NCBI GenBank assembly: GCA_944372505.1
Contig: CALVZK010000001.1
Location: forward strand, 385,185 to 449,184
DNA: 64,000 bases
Direction: 5' to 3'
Origin: an uncultured Clostridia bacterium
Lineage (GTDB): Bacteria; Bacillota; Clostridia; Christensenellales; UBA1242
Shown: in pieces, positions 9,497 through 22,600 of the stretch
Layout of the letters: each line of letters begins with the position of its first letter
Position numbering within the stretch: position 1 is the stretch's first letter
Notes under the pieces: model-generated
What the model was told of the DNA's origin: nothing
Databases searched by the model: none
The model's input: the letters and a program-made list of their open reading frames with translations, nothing else
Position numbers and translations under genes: made by a program

Positions 9497-11329
9497 TTAT
9501 ATCTCTCCTCTTAAAATTTTTCCTCTTTCTCTTAACCTCATATTGTGGTCTAATATAATTTTTCTGATTCTAAAAGTTTTAGGAGTAACTTCAAGTATTT
9601 CATCATCTGCTAAAAACTCAATTGCCTCTTCCAAACTTAACTTTTTTGGAGGAGTTAATCTTAACGCATCGTCAGAACCTGAAGCTCTACAGTTTGATAA
9701 ATGTTTCTTTTTGCATACGTTAACAACAATATCATCTCCTTTAGGATTTTGACCTACTACCATTCCTCCGTATACTGCGGTACCTGGCTCTATGAAAAGA
9801 TCTCCTCGTTCTTGAGCATTAAAAAGCCCATATACTATTGCTTCTCCACTTTCATGTGCTATTAAAGAACCATAATCTCGTCTTTTAATTTCTCCCTTCC
9901 AAGGTTCATAATCATAAAAAATAGAATTTATAACTCCTTCGCCTTTTGTATCAGTCAGAAGTTCACTCTTAAAACCAAATAATCCTCTAGAAGGTATTAA
10001 AAATTCCATTCTCATACGACTTCCGTGTGGAGTCATTTGAATTAAATCCCCCTTTCTGATGCCCATTTTTTGCATAACAGTCCCCACGCTGTCTTCAGGA
10101 ACATCTAAATAGAGTCTATCAATTGGTTCGCATTTTACTCCATTTATTTCTTTTATTAAAACTTTTGGCATAGAAACCTGAAACTCATAACCATCTCGTC
10201 TCATATTTTCAATCAAGATAGACAAGTGCATTTCACCCCTACCGCAAACCTTAAATTGCTCTGCAGTCTGCCCATCTGTAACTTTCAAAGATAAATCCTT
10301 AACTGCTTCTTTATACAATCGGTCTCGTAAATGCCTAGATGTAACAAATTTTCCCTCTTTTCCTGCAAAAGGACTGTCATTAACCATAAATGTCATTTCT
10401 ACACTTGGCTCTGCAATTTTTACAAATTCAATAGGATTAACATTGTCATTGTCACATATTGTATCTCCAATTTGAACATTCTCAAGTCCCGCTACACAAA
10501 CAATCTCCCCAACAGTTGCACTTTCAACTGGAACTTTTTTTAATCCATCAAAAACAAAAAGACTTACAACTTTAGATTTTGTTTTTTTGCTTTGGTCATG
10601 AAAGTTGCAAAGTGTAACATTTTGACCAACCCTAATAGTTCCATCTGTTATCTTTCCAACAGCAAGTTTTCCAACATAATCATTATGTTCTGCAGAAGAA
10701 ACAAGCATTCTTAAGCCACTTTTTTCATCTCCGCAAGGTGAAGGAATATACTCAATTATTTTTTTAAATAATGGAGTCATATTTTCTCCTTCTATATTTT
10801 TATTATCGCTTGCAATCCCTCTTCTAGCAGAGGCAAAGATAAAAGGTGAAGACAATTGTTCATCATTGGCATCTAATTCTAAAAATAATTCCAAAACTTC
10901 ATCTATAACTTCATTAATTCTTGCATCACTTCTATCAATTTTATTTATAACAACAATAACTTTCAAAGATAAAGAAAGTGCTTTTTCAAGTACGAATCTT
11001 GTTTGAGGCATTGGTCCCTCAAAGGCATCAACGACCAATAGAACACCATCTACCATTTTTAAAACTCTTTCTACCTCTCCACCAAAATCAGCATGTCCCG
11101 GTGTATCGATAATATTTATTTTAACATCATCATAAACGCAAGAACAATTTTTAGATAAAATTGTTATACCTCTTTCTCTTTCTAGCGCATTAGAATCCAT
11201 CACACGATCTTCAATGACTTGATTATCGCGAAAAACGCTCCCCTGTTTCAACAATTCATTAACAAGAGAAGTTTTCCCATGGTCAACATGGGCAATAATT
11301 GCTATATTTCTAATATTTTTATTTTCCAT
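9497..11329 (-). CDS. typA: Translational GTPase TypA/BipA
   Basis: [16 protein letters not shown]1 motif and DTPGHADF. The start was set at MENKN (11329), downstream of an AAGGCGAG RBS-like sequence. Confidence 0.95.
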   Translation of the reverse strand: MENKNIRNIAIIAHVDHGKTSLVNELLKQGSVFRDNQVIEDRVMDSNALERERGITILSKNCSCVYDDVKINIIDTPGHADFGGEVERVLKMVDGVLLVVDAFEGPMPQTRFVLEKALSLSLKVIVVINKIDRSDARINEVIDEVLELFLELDANDEQLSSPFIFASARRGIASDNKNIEGENMTPLFKKIIEYIPSPCGDEKSGLRMLVSSAEHNDYVGKLAVGKITDGTIRVGQNVTLCNFHDQSKKTKSKVVSLFVFDGLKKVPVESATVGEIVCVAGLENVQIGDTICDNDNVNPIEFVKIAEPSVEMTFMVNDSPFAGKEGKFVTSRHLRDRLYKEAVKDLSLKVTDGQTAEQFKVCGRGEMHLSILIENMRRDGYEFQVSMPKVLIKEINGVKCEPIDRLYLDVPEDSVGTVMQKMGIRKGDLIQMTPHGSRMRMEFLIPSRGLFGFKSELLTDTKGEGVINSIFYDYEPWKGEIKRRDYGSLIAHESGEAIVYGLFNAQERGDLFIEPGTAVYGGMVVGQNPKGDDIVVNVCKKKHLSNCRASGSDDALRLTPPKKLSLEEAIEFLADDEILEVTPKTFRIRKIILDHNMRLRERGKILRGEI

Positions 11330-11440
11330 AAACTCGCCTTTTATCCTCAACTTTACAAGAGAACATTTTAACATAAAATAAAAAAAATTACAACCATCAT
11401 TTAAAATAAATATAATTTTTAAAGTATTTTTAGTAAAAAA

Positions 11441-11464
11441 AATTCAAAATCAACGTTTTGAATT
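11441..11464 (-). terminator. Rho-independent terminator of metK
   Basis: aattcaaaa-tcaacg-ttttgaatt hairpin 8 nt beyond the metK stop, followed by a U-run on the minus strand. Confidence 0.6.
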
Positions 11465-11471
11465 TTTTATA

Positions 11472-12569
11472 TTATAGATTTATTTTTTTTATCTTTTCCC
11501 ATGAGAAATCTTCTCGTCCAAAATGTCCATAACAAGCAGTTTGTTTATATATGGGTTTTAAAAGATCAAGTTCTTCAATTATATTTTGAGGACTAAAATC
11601 AAAATTTTTTGCAACAAAATTATAAATATTTTCCATCGGAACTTTTTCTGTGCCAAAACAATCAATATTTATATTTAAAGGCTTTTCTAGTCCTATACCA
11701 TATGAAACTTCTATTTCGCACCTATCTGCCAAATTGTAATATACAATATTTTTTGCGACAAATCTGGCATAGTATGCCCCACTTCTGTCAACTTTGGTTG
11801 CATTTTTTGAGCTGAAACATCCACCTCCCACTTTGGCAGCGCCTCCATAACTATCTACAACAATTTTTCTTCCAACACAACCGCTGTCGCCAAAACTACC
11901 CCAAATGGTAAACCTACCGCTAGGATTAATAATGATTTCAATATCACCTTTATTAAACATTTTATATTCTTTTAAAACTTTATCAATCACTGATTTTTCT
12001 ATATCTTTTTTAATTTTTTTATTTGTAGTCTCAATAGAATGTGATACAGAAACTAAAACAGTCGTTATCTTAATCGGAATATTATCTTCATATAAAACTG
12101 AGACCTGACACTTTGCATCAGCGAAATAATTTTTAGAATTTTTTCTTAAATTCTCATATTCTATCATTAATTTATGTGCTATCATAATTGGAAGAGGCAT
12201 TAGTTCTTTAGTATCATGACAAGCATAACCATAGACCATGCCTTGGTCATTAGCACATAATTTATTTTTTACAACTGCTTGATAAATATCTGGACTTTGA
12301 TGACTAATTTCTTTAATAATTGTAAATTTTTCGGCTTCATATCCAATTTCTTTTAAAATTTCTTTTGCTATTTTATCATAATTAATATCAGCGAGGGTTG
12401 TTGCTTCTCCATAAATAAACAATTTATCATTTTTTATAGAACACTCTACTGCCATTTGACTATTTTTATCAAATTTTAATGCTGCATCAAGAAAAGCATC
12501 ACTTATAACATCACATGTCTTATCTGGGTGACCAACATTAACTGACTCACTAGTAACTATCTTTTGCAT
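11472..12569 (-). CDS. metK: S-adenosylmethionine synthetase
   Basis: SESVNVGHPDKTCD N-terminus and GGGCFSSKNATKVDRSGAY loop (a variant of GGGAFSGKD); 365 aa, which is rather short. Confidence 0.93.
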   Translation of the reverse strand: MQKIVTSESVNVGHPDKTCDVISDAFLDAALKFDKNSQMAVECSIKNDKLFIYGEATTLADINYDKIAKEILKEIGYEAEKFTIIKEISHQSPDIYQAVVKNKLCANDQGMVYGYACHDTKELMPLPIMIAHKLMIEYENLRKNSKNYFADAKCQVSVLYEDNIPIKITTVLVSVSHSIETTNKKIKKDIEKSVIDKVLKEYKMFNKGDIEIIINPSGRFTIWGSFGDSGCVGRKIVVDSYGGAAKVGGGCFSSKNATKVDRSGAYYARFVAKNIVYYNLADRCEIEVSYGIGLEKPLNINIDCFGTEKVPMENIYNFVAKNFDFSPQNIIEELDLLKPIYKQTACYGHFGREDFSWEKIKKINL

Positions 12570-12701
12570 TTTTCCTCCTCATAATAATATCATTTTATTA
12601 TTATTAGATAAATATTGCTATAATAATTATAGCATTTTTGAATATTTAATCAATTAATCGATAGATATTATCGTTATAAATTTGCAAATTAAACCATTAT
12701 A

Positions 12702-13610
12702 TTATTTTTTAAATTTCATTTTTAATCTAATTAAATGAAAAAAATTATATACTTCTTTTCGATATATAAACAATATTAATAAAAACAAAAGAATAGTAAC
12801 AACAATTAAAGCGAGCAAAAACCACCAGCCTCTATTTATTATTGTTAACGTTAATTCAATGTTTGGATTAGATGAAATATTTTCTTCCTTTACAGTCCAA
12901 ATAAAATGCTTATAATCTCCATTTTTAATTTCATAATTTGCATTTGATGTAATTCCATTACCAAGTGTCACATAGTCATATACGAAAACTGGATTATAAT
13001 TTTCACTAATTTTTTGATAATAATCAGTATTATTTGCAGTTGAAATAAAAATATCTTTATATCTTTGAGCTAAAGTTTCAGTTCCTGTTGGTAAAACAAT
13101 ATTCTTACAAAACGGAAAAATACTTTTAGAAACATACTTATTTATAAATATGTTACCATCATTTTTTAAATTTGAACTATTCCCGTTTGAATTATAATAA
13201 TTAAATGCAGAAAAACCATTATAAATTATCTTAAACCCTACGATCGATAATGTTTCATTGTAAACTACCTGACTTAAAACGACTCCTTTATTTAATTTGT
13301 ATTCTTCTATTGGATTTTGAATATATTTTAAAGTCAAATTTAATAAATATTCTGTTCTAATTGTATCCACTTTTTTTATTAAATTATCAACAAAACCAAC
13401 TCTATCATTTTCATTCATACTACACTTATCAAATAAATCATTAGAAATGGAGAATTCTATACTTTGCGTTGGATTTTGTGAAAAATCAAGAGACAAAAGA
13501 ATAAAATCGTCAATAATAGTTGAATTTTTAGCTTCACTATAACTGACATTAAAAGTAAATAAAGGAATTAAAAAAATAGGAATTAAAAAGATTATTAAAT
13601 ATTTTTTCAT
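12702..13610 (-). CDS. Hypothetical secreted / C-terminally membrane-anchored protein
   Basis: N-terminal signal peptide and C-terminal TM (WWFLLALIVVTILLFLLILFIY); immediately downstream of the giant lipoprotein gene. Confidence 0.6.
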   Translation of the reverse strand: MKKYLIIFLIPIFLIPLFTFNVSYSEAKNSTIIDDFILLSLDFSQNPTQSIEFSISNDLFDKCSMNENDRVGFVDNLIKKVDTIRTEYLLNLTLKYIQNPIEEYKLNKGVVLSQVVYNETLSIVGFKIIYNGFSAFNYYNSNGNSSNLKNDGNIFINKYVSKSIFPFCKNIVLPTGTETLAQRYKDIFISTANNTDYYQKISENYNPVFVYDYVTLGNGITSNANYEIKNGDYKHFIWTVKEENISSNPNIELTLTIINRGWWFLLALIVVTILLFLLILFIYRKEVYNFFHLIRLKMKFKK

Positions 13611-13671
13611 AAAGTATATTTATTCTTAATTGACTATTGTTATACCAAAAGAAAATTTTATTAACATTAAA

Positions 13672-13697
13672 AAAGAATATGGCGTGCCATATTCTTT
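13672..13697 (-). terminator. Rho-independent terminator of the giant lipoprotein gene
   Basis: aaagaatatgg-cgtg-ccatattcttt hairpin overlapping the stop codon, followed by UUUUUU on the minus strand. Confidence 0.75.
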
Positions 13698-16600
13698 AAT
13701 TATGTGTTATTTGCGCTAAGAAACCATCTTCAATTGATATAATTGAGAAATAATATTCTTCCCCTGCATTAATAGGATTAAGCACTGAAAGATTAATTGT
13801 ATTGATTGATGCAGAAGTTCCAGAATTTGATACCGCATAATTTTTCCCATGATCAGTTGGAGGTTGTGGAGCATTACTTATTAATGCATAGCCTTGAGTT
13901 TCAGCTAAATAATTAATAGTGCCACCTGTTATTGAATAAGTGATACCAGAACGATATAAACTTCCAACTGAAGAGGATTTTGTCATCAACCCATTATTAT
14001 AACAATATTCAATAGTTCCAAAATTACTTATAATTGTAACTCCTGTTTGATATGAGGTAAATGCAGTTATACTACTAATTGTATACACATCAAAATTACC
14101 ATCATTTCCGCTTCTTACAATATAACCACTGTTGACTAATGTTATCCCAGATAGGTAAGAAACATTATTGTTTTGAGCAACTCTAATAGATTTGTTTCCA
14201 TAATTAAAACTATTTTGAATTTCGCCCGAAGATTGTAAATTTGTGGCATTAAATAAAGTAATACCTGCATATGCGAATCTTAATGAAAGATTTTGCTTCA
14301 TTTCGAAAGTGAATGTTGAATTGTTCTCGCAATTTTTTATTAAGCCATAGTTTACGCAAGCTATGCCTCCAACAAAAACAGCATTTGATCCACTACCAGA
14401 CAAATTATCAAATGTTACATTTTGAACATTGACATTTTGTATTGTTCCTGCATTGTATAGTGCCAAAGGACTTATTAATAAGTTTGTATTATTTAATGAA
14501 TTAATAGATATATTCAAATCAATGTTTAAATTTTTAATTATTGCACTTGAGTCAATGTTTTCAAACAAAGCAAAGAAATTATTAAAATCAGCATTATAAC
14601 CATTTAATGATACACTATATGGTTCTTCTGTAACTAAATAATCACTAACATTAAGTGTCAATGTATATGTAGTACTATTATTTTTCCCATCTAGAACACC
14701 ATAGAAAGTAAATTTTCTAAAATCTATTTCCTCTTTCTCTAATTGAATTAAGAAATTGTCACCTAAAATTATATCTGATATTAACTTGTAATATATTGTT
14801 GTGCCTTCTCTATTTCTCTTATATATTTCCAAAAATTGTTCTGCATTAGAAATAAGATACGGAGAGCTTTCCGTTCCTTTTCCCCCAGCAAATAGTGTAT
14901 AATTAATAGGTCCTTGATCTAGATTATAATTGATTTGTTCACTAAAAATATAAATTTTATTTTCTAACTGATTTGAAATCAATCTTGCTCTAACTGAAAA
15001 ACTTTGAATATTTATATTCCCGCCTTGTTGAGGCATATAATAATTATTTGTAGTAATTTCATTAATAATATTTCCACCTTGATTTATTGAAACATAATAT
15101 TGATAAGAATTGTTATTTAAATCATTATGATCTTCGTCCCATTGCCATGTAAAAATACAATATTGTGAATCCCAACTAATTTTGAGCCATTCATTATTTT
15201 CATCTTTAACTTCAGTATTTTCAATTTCAAATATTTTAATATCACTGCTTAAAATTAGTTTTCTATTTCCCTGTGTTGAAGACTGATTGTCAACAACTTG
15301 AACTTTTATAAGAGAATACTCCTCTGACAATTCAAATAATTTGCTTTCATTTGACGAAGTAAATTCAAAAGTTAATATTTCTTCGCTGATTTTGTTTTGA
15401 GCTTCAATAATTAATTTGTAACAAGTATTGTCTCTCGATACTGAAACCTGATTAAAATAATTAGAAAAATCTATATAAGTTTTATATTGATTGCCATCTT
15501 TCTGCAACACAATAGAATAATAATTTTCTGAAATATTAGTTAACTTATAAACATTGTTAATTATAAGAGGATTAGACATCAACAATGAATTTTCTTCACT
15601 ATATATATAATTTCTTATCTCTATCGAAATAGCATAAGGAATTTCTAATTGACCTTCATCTAATGTAAATGTAACTTTAACATATCCTATTGCATCTATA
15701 CCAGTATACTCTGAAAAATTAAATGAACCTGAAAGAATTTCTGTATGCTCTACTAATTTTTCATCTACATATTTGCTTATAATTTCTATTCTTGAACTTG
15801 TACTTAAATTTTTTTCTAATTCTAGTATTGTATTATTATCATTTGGATTGTTGTTATATACACTAGCTTTTATCAAAAATTCAATAGAATTACCACTTAT
15901 TCCTGTCATATTTTCTGTGAGAATTGCCGGATCTGTCCTTGTAACAAAACCGTTTTCTTTTTCTTCCCCAACAGAAACAACTTGTCCCCTAAGCACATTA
16001 CTTCCATTTTCATAGAATACAGAATTGGTAATATTATAATAATTTTCTTCGATTGTTTTAACTTTGTTAGTTGCTTGTTCATTAGTTATCGTTCCAGCGA
16101 GTGCAGTTACAGAAATAATATAATAATTATATGTATTATCAATATAAGAATAATTTAATGTTGTAGAAGTTGTATAATAAGTCTCTGACAATATGAATTC
16201 ATATCTTCTTGAACTGCCATCTTGTACTAAATCGTAATACTTTATATCTACTTGATATAAAAGCTGTGTCCCTTCTTTCAAGTTATCAATACTTGAAGAC
16301 TCCCACATAATATTACCATTATAAACAATTGGATTTTTTTGTAAATCTTTCAACATTTCAGCATTTATTATAGATTCATTTGAAGATAAAATAGGATAAC
16401 TTTCTTTATTTCCATTAAAAATCAATAAATTATCTGAACCACTTATATTTTCTTCTTTTATAGATGTGAATTTGCCTGTATTACCAAGTAAATAAACATA
16501 AAATTGTTGAGCTTCATTTTCATAATATTCTTCACTATATCCAAATTGATGCAATAAATAAGTTGTCGTTATTTGTGGACTAGTATAATAATATCCATTT

Positions 16601-19600
16601 TCTTCATCAATGGTTAAATTATTAGCAAGTTTGTATGTTAATAAATCTGATTTAGATATATCAGTACTTGTTAATGCAACATACAAATTGTTTTGTGATG
16701 TCGAAAGCAATGGCGTTGACAATTTATAAGTATTTAGTATCGCATATGATTGACTTTCCACTCTCATAGTATTGTTTGAAATAGTGCCGTTGATAGATAA
16801 AACGATGTACTTATATTCACCTGAATAATCAAAATCCAAATACACAGTAGAGTTTGTCCCTATTTGAACAATTTTGTTTTGTTCACCACTAGCCGTAGTA
16901 AAATATTTGACTAAAATCGAATCTGAATTATTTTCTCCTGAATCAAAATTAATACCAAGATTACCTTCTTCAATAAAAATATTATTATCATTTAAATCTA
17001 AGAAAGTAAGATTAATTGAAGTATTCTTTCCATTTATTGAGCCATAAATTATTTGACCACTTTGTGAAGAAACATTTGTAATCAAGTTACCTTCATCATT
17101 TGTAAAAGCATATAAGTCTACTCTAATCGATTTATTAGTAATATTATCAAAGCCATAATTTAACAAATAATCTCTAAGATTTGTAAAATTAATTGTAAAA
17201 TTATTTATAGTGGAATCATGAATAATATCGTTAATTTCTTCATTATCATAGAATATTGCCCAATTGCCGGAGATATATCTTATATCAAATTCAATATACT
17301 CGTTATCTTCATACTTATGAATATCGGATTCATAATTAAATCTCATAATTAACTTAAATTCAGTCGCAAGCTCTTGTATATATGAAGATGATTCTTCGTT
17401 ATACAAATATAATGGAATGTTGGTAACTTTTACTTCATAATAATTTTTATTTCCTAAAGAGCCTTCTTCTGTTCTATTGTTTTTTTGAAGTTCCACGCTT
17501 GGTGAAGGATTTACATACATTATAATAGACTCAGAAACCTTGGAATCTATTACATTAAGAGAATTTGGTGAAGTTTGATAAACACTAACAGAATATTCTC
17601 CTGCTGGAATAGACACACCAAAATCATTAAACAAAATACTATCCCCACTTATACCTCTAGAAGATTTCATAAGTGTATTTATTAATGATTTAGTATTTTC
17701 TGCGGAATTTCCTGATACATTTGACAAGTTAAGATTTAAATAAGTTTTAAGTAGATCAAAATATGATATTTCTTTATTTATTTGGGCATAATCACTATCC
17801 ATATTATATATTGTAACATCAGGGAATAAATGATAAGCTGGGATAATATCTGTTTGATAAACAACTGATGTATCACTTCCATCTTTTCTTAATGTAAATT
17901 TTATTTTAATGTATTGACTTGATAAATTGCTTGAAGTAAATGTAATAGGATTTATAAAATTATTATTTGTGCCTAATAATTCATATAATACTGGTTTATT
18001 CTCTGAATTTTTTGTAACTCCAAAGTAATCATTTAAATAATTAATAAATTCGTTGTTTGTTTTAAATTTATCAGCATCAAAAGTAATTTTTCCTTCTGTA
18101 ATTTGCAAAGAAGATGGCGTTTCAAATTTATATATTAATCCTGTATATGCAACTTCATTTGAAGCTAAAACCAAAGTTTCAGTTATAGAAGGCAAGGCTA
18201 TTATTGAAATGTTATATTGTTTGCCAGGTATAATATCTAAAACATTTCTTAAATCAATAGATTCTGTATTTACTTGCAATTTTGTAACAAGTTTATTTTC
18301 TTCGCCTTCAATTATTTCTCTAATTACAACATAATAAGAATAAGGTGTAAAGGTTGTTTCATCAACAAAATCTTCAGGTTTAATCCATGACCAAGAAAGA
18401 ATATTATTCTTAAAAGAAACATCTAATTGAACAGTATTTAATTTTTTAATAACAAAATTATATTCGGTAAATTGATAGTAATTTTCATTCGTAGAATCAT
18501 AACCTATTCTTGAAATATTTATTTGAATTATTCCATAATCTATATTAGATAAAAGTTCTTTTAAATTAATTGCGTAACAAGCAGAATATAAAATTTCTTC
18601 ACTTTGATCATCTCCTAAAGTTGTCACAAATGTCCCTTTATCATTTTGAGAAGTAGTCTTCCAGTAACCGCGCGTAGCCACTGCAGTCTTATATTCCCTT
18701 ATCATTTGATCTTGATATATTATTTCTATAGAGAATGTAACAGTAATATCATTTAAAACATTTTCATTTAAAATATCAAAAATTATATAATCTTGACTAA
18801 AATCACTAGATCTCTTAATTATAGCCGAATTATCTGTTTTATAATTAAAATCAAAATTTGCCCAATCCGCAGTAACAGAATTATTTTTCCCTACGGTGAT
18901 TTCAAACTCATAATTATTTTCTTTAAGGTAATTTAAAGTTAGATCTTTCTCATTATAAAATATTTGAAGAAAATCTATCATAGATATTTCAAAAATATTG
19001 GTTTGCTCTGATTGTAAATTAGGAACAAATTCTTTAACAACTTCTTCTCCGTTAATGATAGCTTTAGCATAGAAAATTATATTTGTTAAATCTTCGTTGA
19101 AAACAGTAATAATTATATTGCCACTATCGTTAATGTGTAAATTTTCTACTCCTTGAAGTTTTCTCCCAGTTAAATTGAAACTATTATAAGAAGGCAAAAT
19201 GTTTTCTGTTCCATCTTCATCAACTAATAAAATTTTAATGGAATATTCTCCATATCTGCCTTTTAATAAATTATCATAATCATTTAAATTTAAAGGTAAT
19301 TGATCTGCAGTAAATACATAATCTGTAGTATATGTTCCGCCTATAGTTAATTGAAAATATATGTCTGAATTGTTCGCAATAGAATTTTCAAAATTTATAT
19401 TTAATAAACCATTGTTATCTATAGAAGCATCTATAATAGTTTGGTACCTGTTTAAAATTATTTCTGCACTTTCAGATGAAATGCTACCCAAACTAATCAC
19501 CTTAATTGAAACATTTGAGATTTCTGAAGTAAGTAAAGATTTTTTTAGAGTTAAATTATATGTGTTTTTATCCAAAATTAAAGAATAATTTTCGCTTTCC

Positions 19601-22600
19601 CCTTGCCCTGTCGTAAATGTCAAAACTTCACTTTGTTTAGAGGTTATTGTGATTTCAAATTTTATATCTACTAAATCAGTCCAAATATCTTGCCAACTTA
19701 CAATCGCATACGAATTTAAATACTTATCTATTTGTGACACACTTTTTTCATCTTGTAAGATTTTATATGATAAATCATTTATAGCATCAATTTTTTTGAT
19801 TGAAATTTCATTACTAATTATTTCACCATAATAGCCTTTAGCAAAGTCGTTTTGTGTGGTAAGACTATAATCAATTGTACTTGCCTTAACATAAATTTTT
19901 ACTTCACTAGATAAAACAATTCCTATTTGTTCTTCTATTTCCTGAATTGAAAATTCATTACCATTGACTGAAATATTATAAGTTTTATCTTCATTCATTA
20001 TATATAACATATAATTAACTGGATATTTGGATTGCCCTTCGCAATCTACTGCAAGTCTATCCCATGATAAGATATCACCAACTTGAGTCAGCATGAATGT
20101 TTCATTCGCTAAATTACTCAAATTATAAGTTACTTTATTAGAGTCTAAATAATAATTATTCCCATTATCTTTAGCAATAACTTGAATTTCAAAATCATTA
20201 ACAATATAATCTTCGATAAAGAAATAGCCAGAATTTGAACCTGCAGTATAACTAACATTATCTGTTGAACCATTAACAAAAACATTTTCTATATTTGAAA
20301 TATCATTAATAAAATTAAATGAAACAATGTATTTATCTTGATATTTCCCAACGTTAACAGATGAAACTGGAGCAATTTGTTTAATAAAAAGAACATTTGA
20401 ATCTTGAGAGTCCAAATAATTTGGATTTACACTCCGAACAAATACTTCTTTTTGTAAACTCCAATCTACACTTTTAATTTTATCTAATGAAATACTACAT
20501 TCAGTATAATTTTCTAATACTGCAATATTATCAATATAAATATCGTATTTGGTTTCATCTGCTACTTGATTCCATTGTAGAATTTTTGTATCACTATTAA
20601 ATGTTAATAATGGTGATTGTAATTGTGTTAATATTATTTCATCTTTCCCCGTCGTAGTTTTACCATACAAAGAAGAAATATTAAATTCCCCTCCACCTAA
20701 ATCATTATCTTGTACAAAAGAATAGATCTTTACATTCACACTTTCTGCAATTCTATAATGAGTTGCAAAAGAAATATCATTAATTAAAAGATCGTTAACT
20801 AATTCCTGTAAATTAAAGTAATTTTGTGTATTATTGCTCCAAAAAGAAGAATAATAATTACCATTTTGTGAATTCGTTAAAATTATTGTTATATAATAAT
20901 TTTCAATATTAGCATCTTGAACATTCCAACTGACTATGCCATCATAAAATTGCATATTGCTAGGTGCTTCTACACGATTAATATTAACTGTCCTAATTAA
21001 ACTATTTAAATAATATTGATTTTCTTCATTTGCCTTAGAAATAAATTGCAAGGAAATATTGAAATCATTATCATAAGAATAAATATCTATTTTATTTTGA
21101 TCGTCTAAAGCTACCAATTGTTGATCTATTTTAACTATAATTTCTTCGATGTTTTCAATATTCTGTACCTGAAGCCATTCATGATTTTTGATTCCTAAAC
21201 TATCAAAACTTTCTTGTACAACAAATCTTGGCATAGCTAATCTTTCTATAAACATTTCATAAGGTGTGGAGTCTAGATGAATTTGTCCATCATATTTAGA
21301 ACCGCTAGTAGCAACGATTTTAATATTATAATTTTTAGATTGTTCAAAGCCATTAGCAAATCTATAAGTGGCTTTTGCACTATCATTATTTACTTCAATA
21401 CTTCCATCCAAATTATCATCTATATAAACGTTATAACCGCCACCATATTCAACAGTAGAAATTTCAAGATAAAAATTGTCATTTTCTTTAATTAGTACTG
21501 CAGAAGGAGTATCATTTTGTATAGTTACGAAAAAATTGCCAATTAAACAATTATTATTGTCATGAAAATTACAATTTAGAAATTTGTTAGTTAAATTAGA
21601 AATTGAGTATACTTTAATTACATAATAACCAAAATCCAGTTTATTTTCAATTACTCCATCCATAGTATAACCAGATTGAATTACGTCTGAATTTATAAAA
21701 TAATTTTTATCTGCTTTAAATATTTCATAATATATTTGATAAAAACCATTGTATTTTTCTTCTAAATTCTCCCAAGAATAGTAACCATTTTCTTGTTGAC
21801 TACTTTGTAAAACTACAGGTAAAATTTCTAAAGTTTTGTACTTTTGAGATAAAATGGCATGTTCAACTTTAAATTCATCTCTATTTCCTGCTATAATTTT
21901 TATATTGTAAATATTATCCTGTGGAATAAAGTCTTTTAAGTTATAAATAGTAATATATACAACCGAATTTTGAATTAATATTTCTGCATCTTCAACTAAA
22001 TCCTCATTTACATAAATTTCATAATAATTAGCATTTGCAATTTCAAGAATGGTAAATACTGATCTATTTTCTTGTTCATAATAATTATGATCAACCTCGG
22101 ATAATTCGTCCAACACGAAAAATTGAAAGTTAAATGGATTAGAATTCAAAATATTTTCATATTGAACTTCTTCATAAATAAAAGGTCTATCTTCAACTGG
22201 AAGAGCTATAATTGAAAGATTATACTCACCAACTTCAAGCCCTGATAAATCTATTTCAAATTCATTTTTATCAAAATATAATACTTTATCTGAGAATGAA
22301 ACTTTATAATTTGTGTTATAAAAATCTTCAACAATATTTATTATTGCTTTGTTTCCGTCAAACACAACTTTAGCATTTGGCGTATTTAATTTTGCAAAGT
22401 CATAAACCCCAGATGAATGGCTTGTAAGATATAAATTATTACCACTTACTCCACCCAAAGAATTTACAACCAAAGTATAACCTCCACTAGGTAGGCCGTC
22501 AAAAACTTCAAAATTATAGTTTTCTTTATTTTTAACTAAATTAAACTCTTCACCAGTAGAATTATCTATGAAAGTAAATAAATATCTTTCTGCATTATCA

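Noticed and set aside
9269-9752. Plus-strand ORFs 9269-9514 and 9465-9752
   Set aside because: They are antisense to the 90-aa membrane-protein ORF and to the typA 3-prime end, with no RBS and low-complexity translations.
12570-12701. Expected SAM-I (S-box) riboswitch upstream of metK
   Set aside because: The 132-nt upstream region is almost pure A/T. It contains only a small hairpin (12616-12634), and none of the G+C-rich conserved S-box helices are visible.
15773-21495. Several 60-93-aa plus-strand ORFs inside the giant gene (15773-16015, 18053-18334, 19361-19588, 19649-19831, 21277-21495)
   Set aside because: All are antisense to one continuous 9.9-kb ORF. The AT-rich antisense frames are open by chance.
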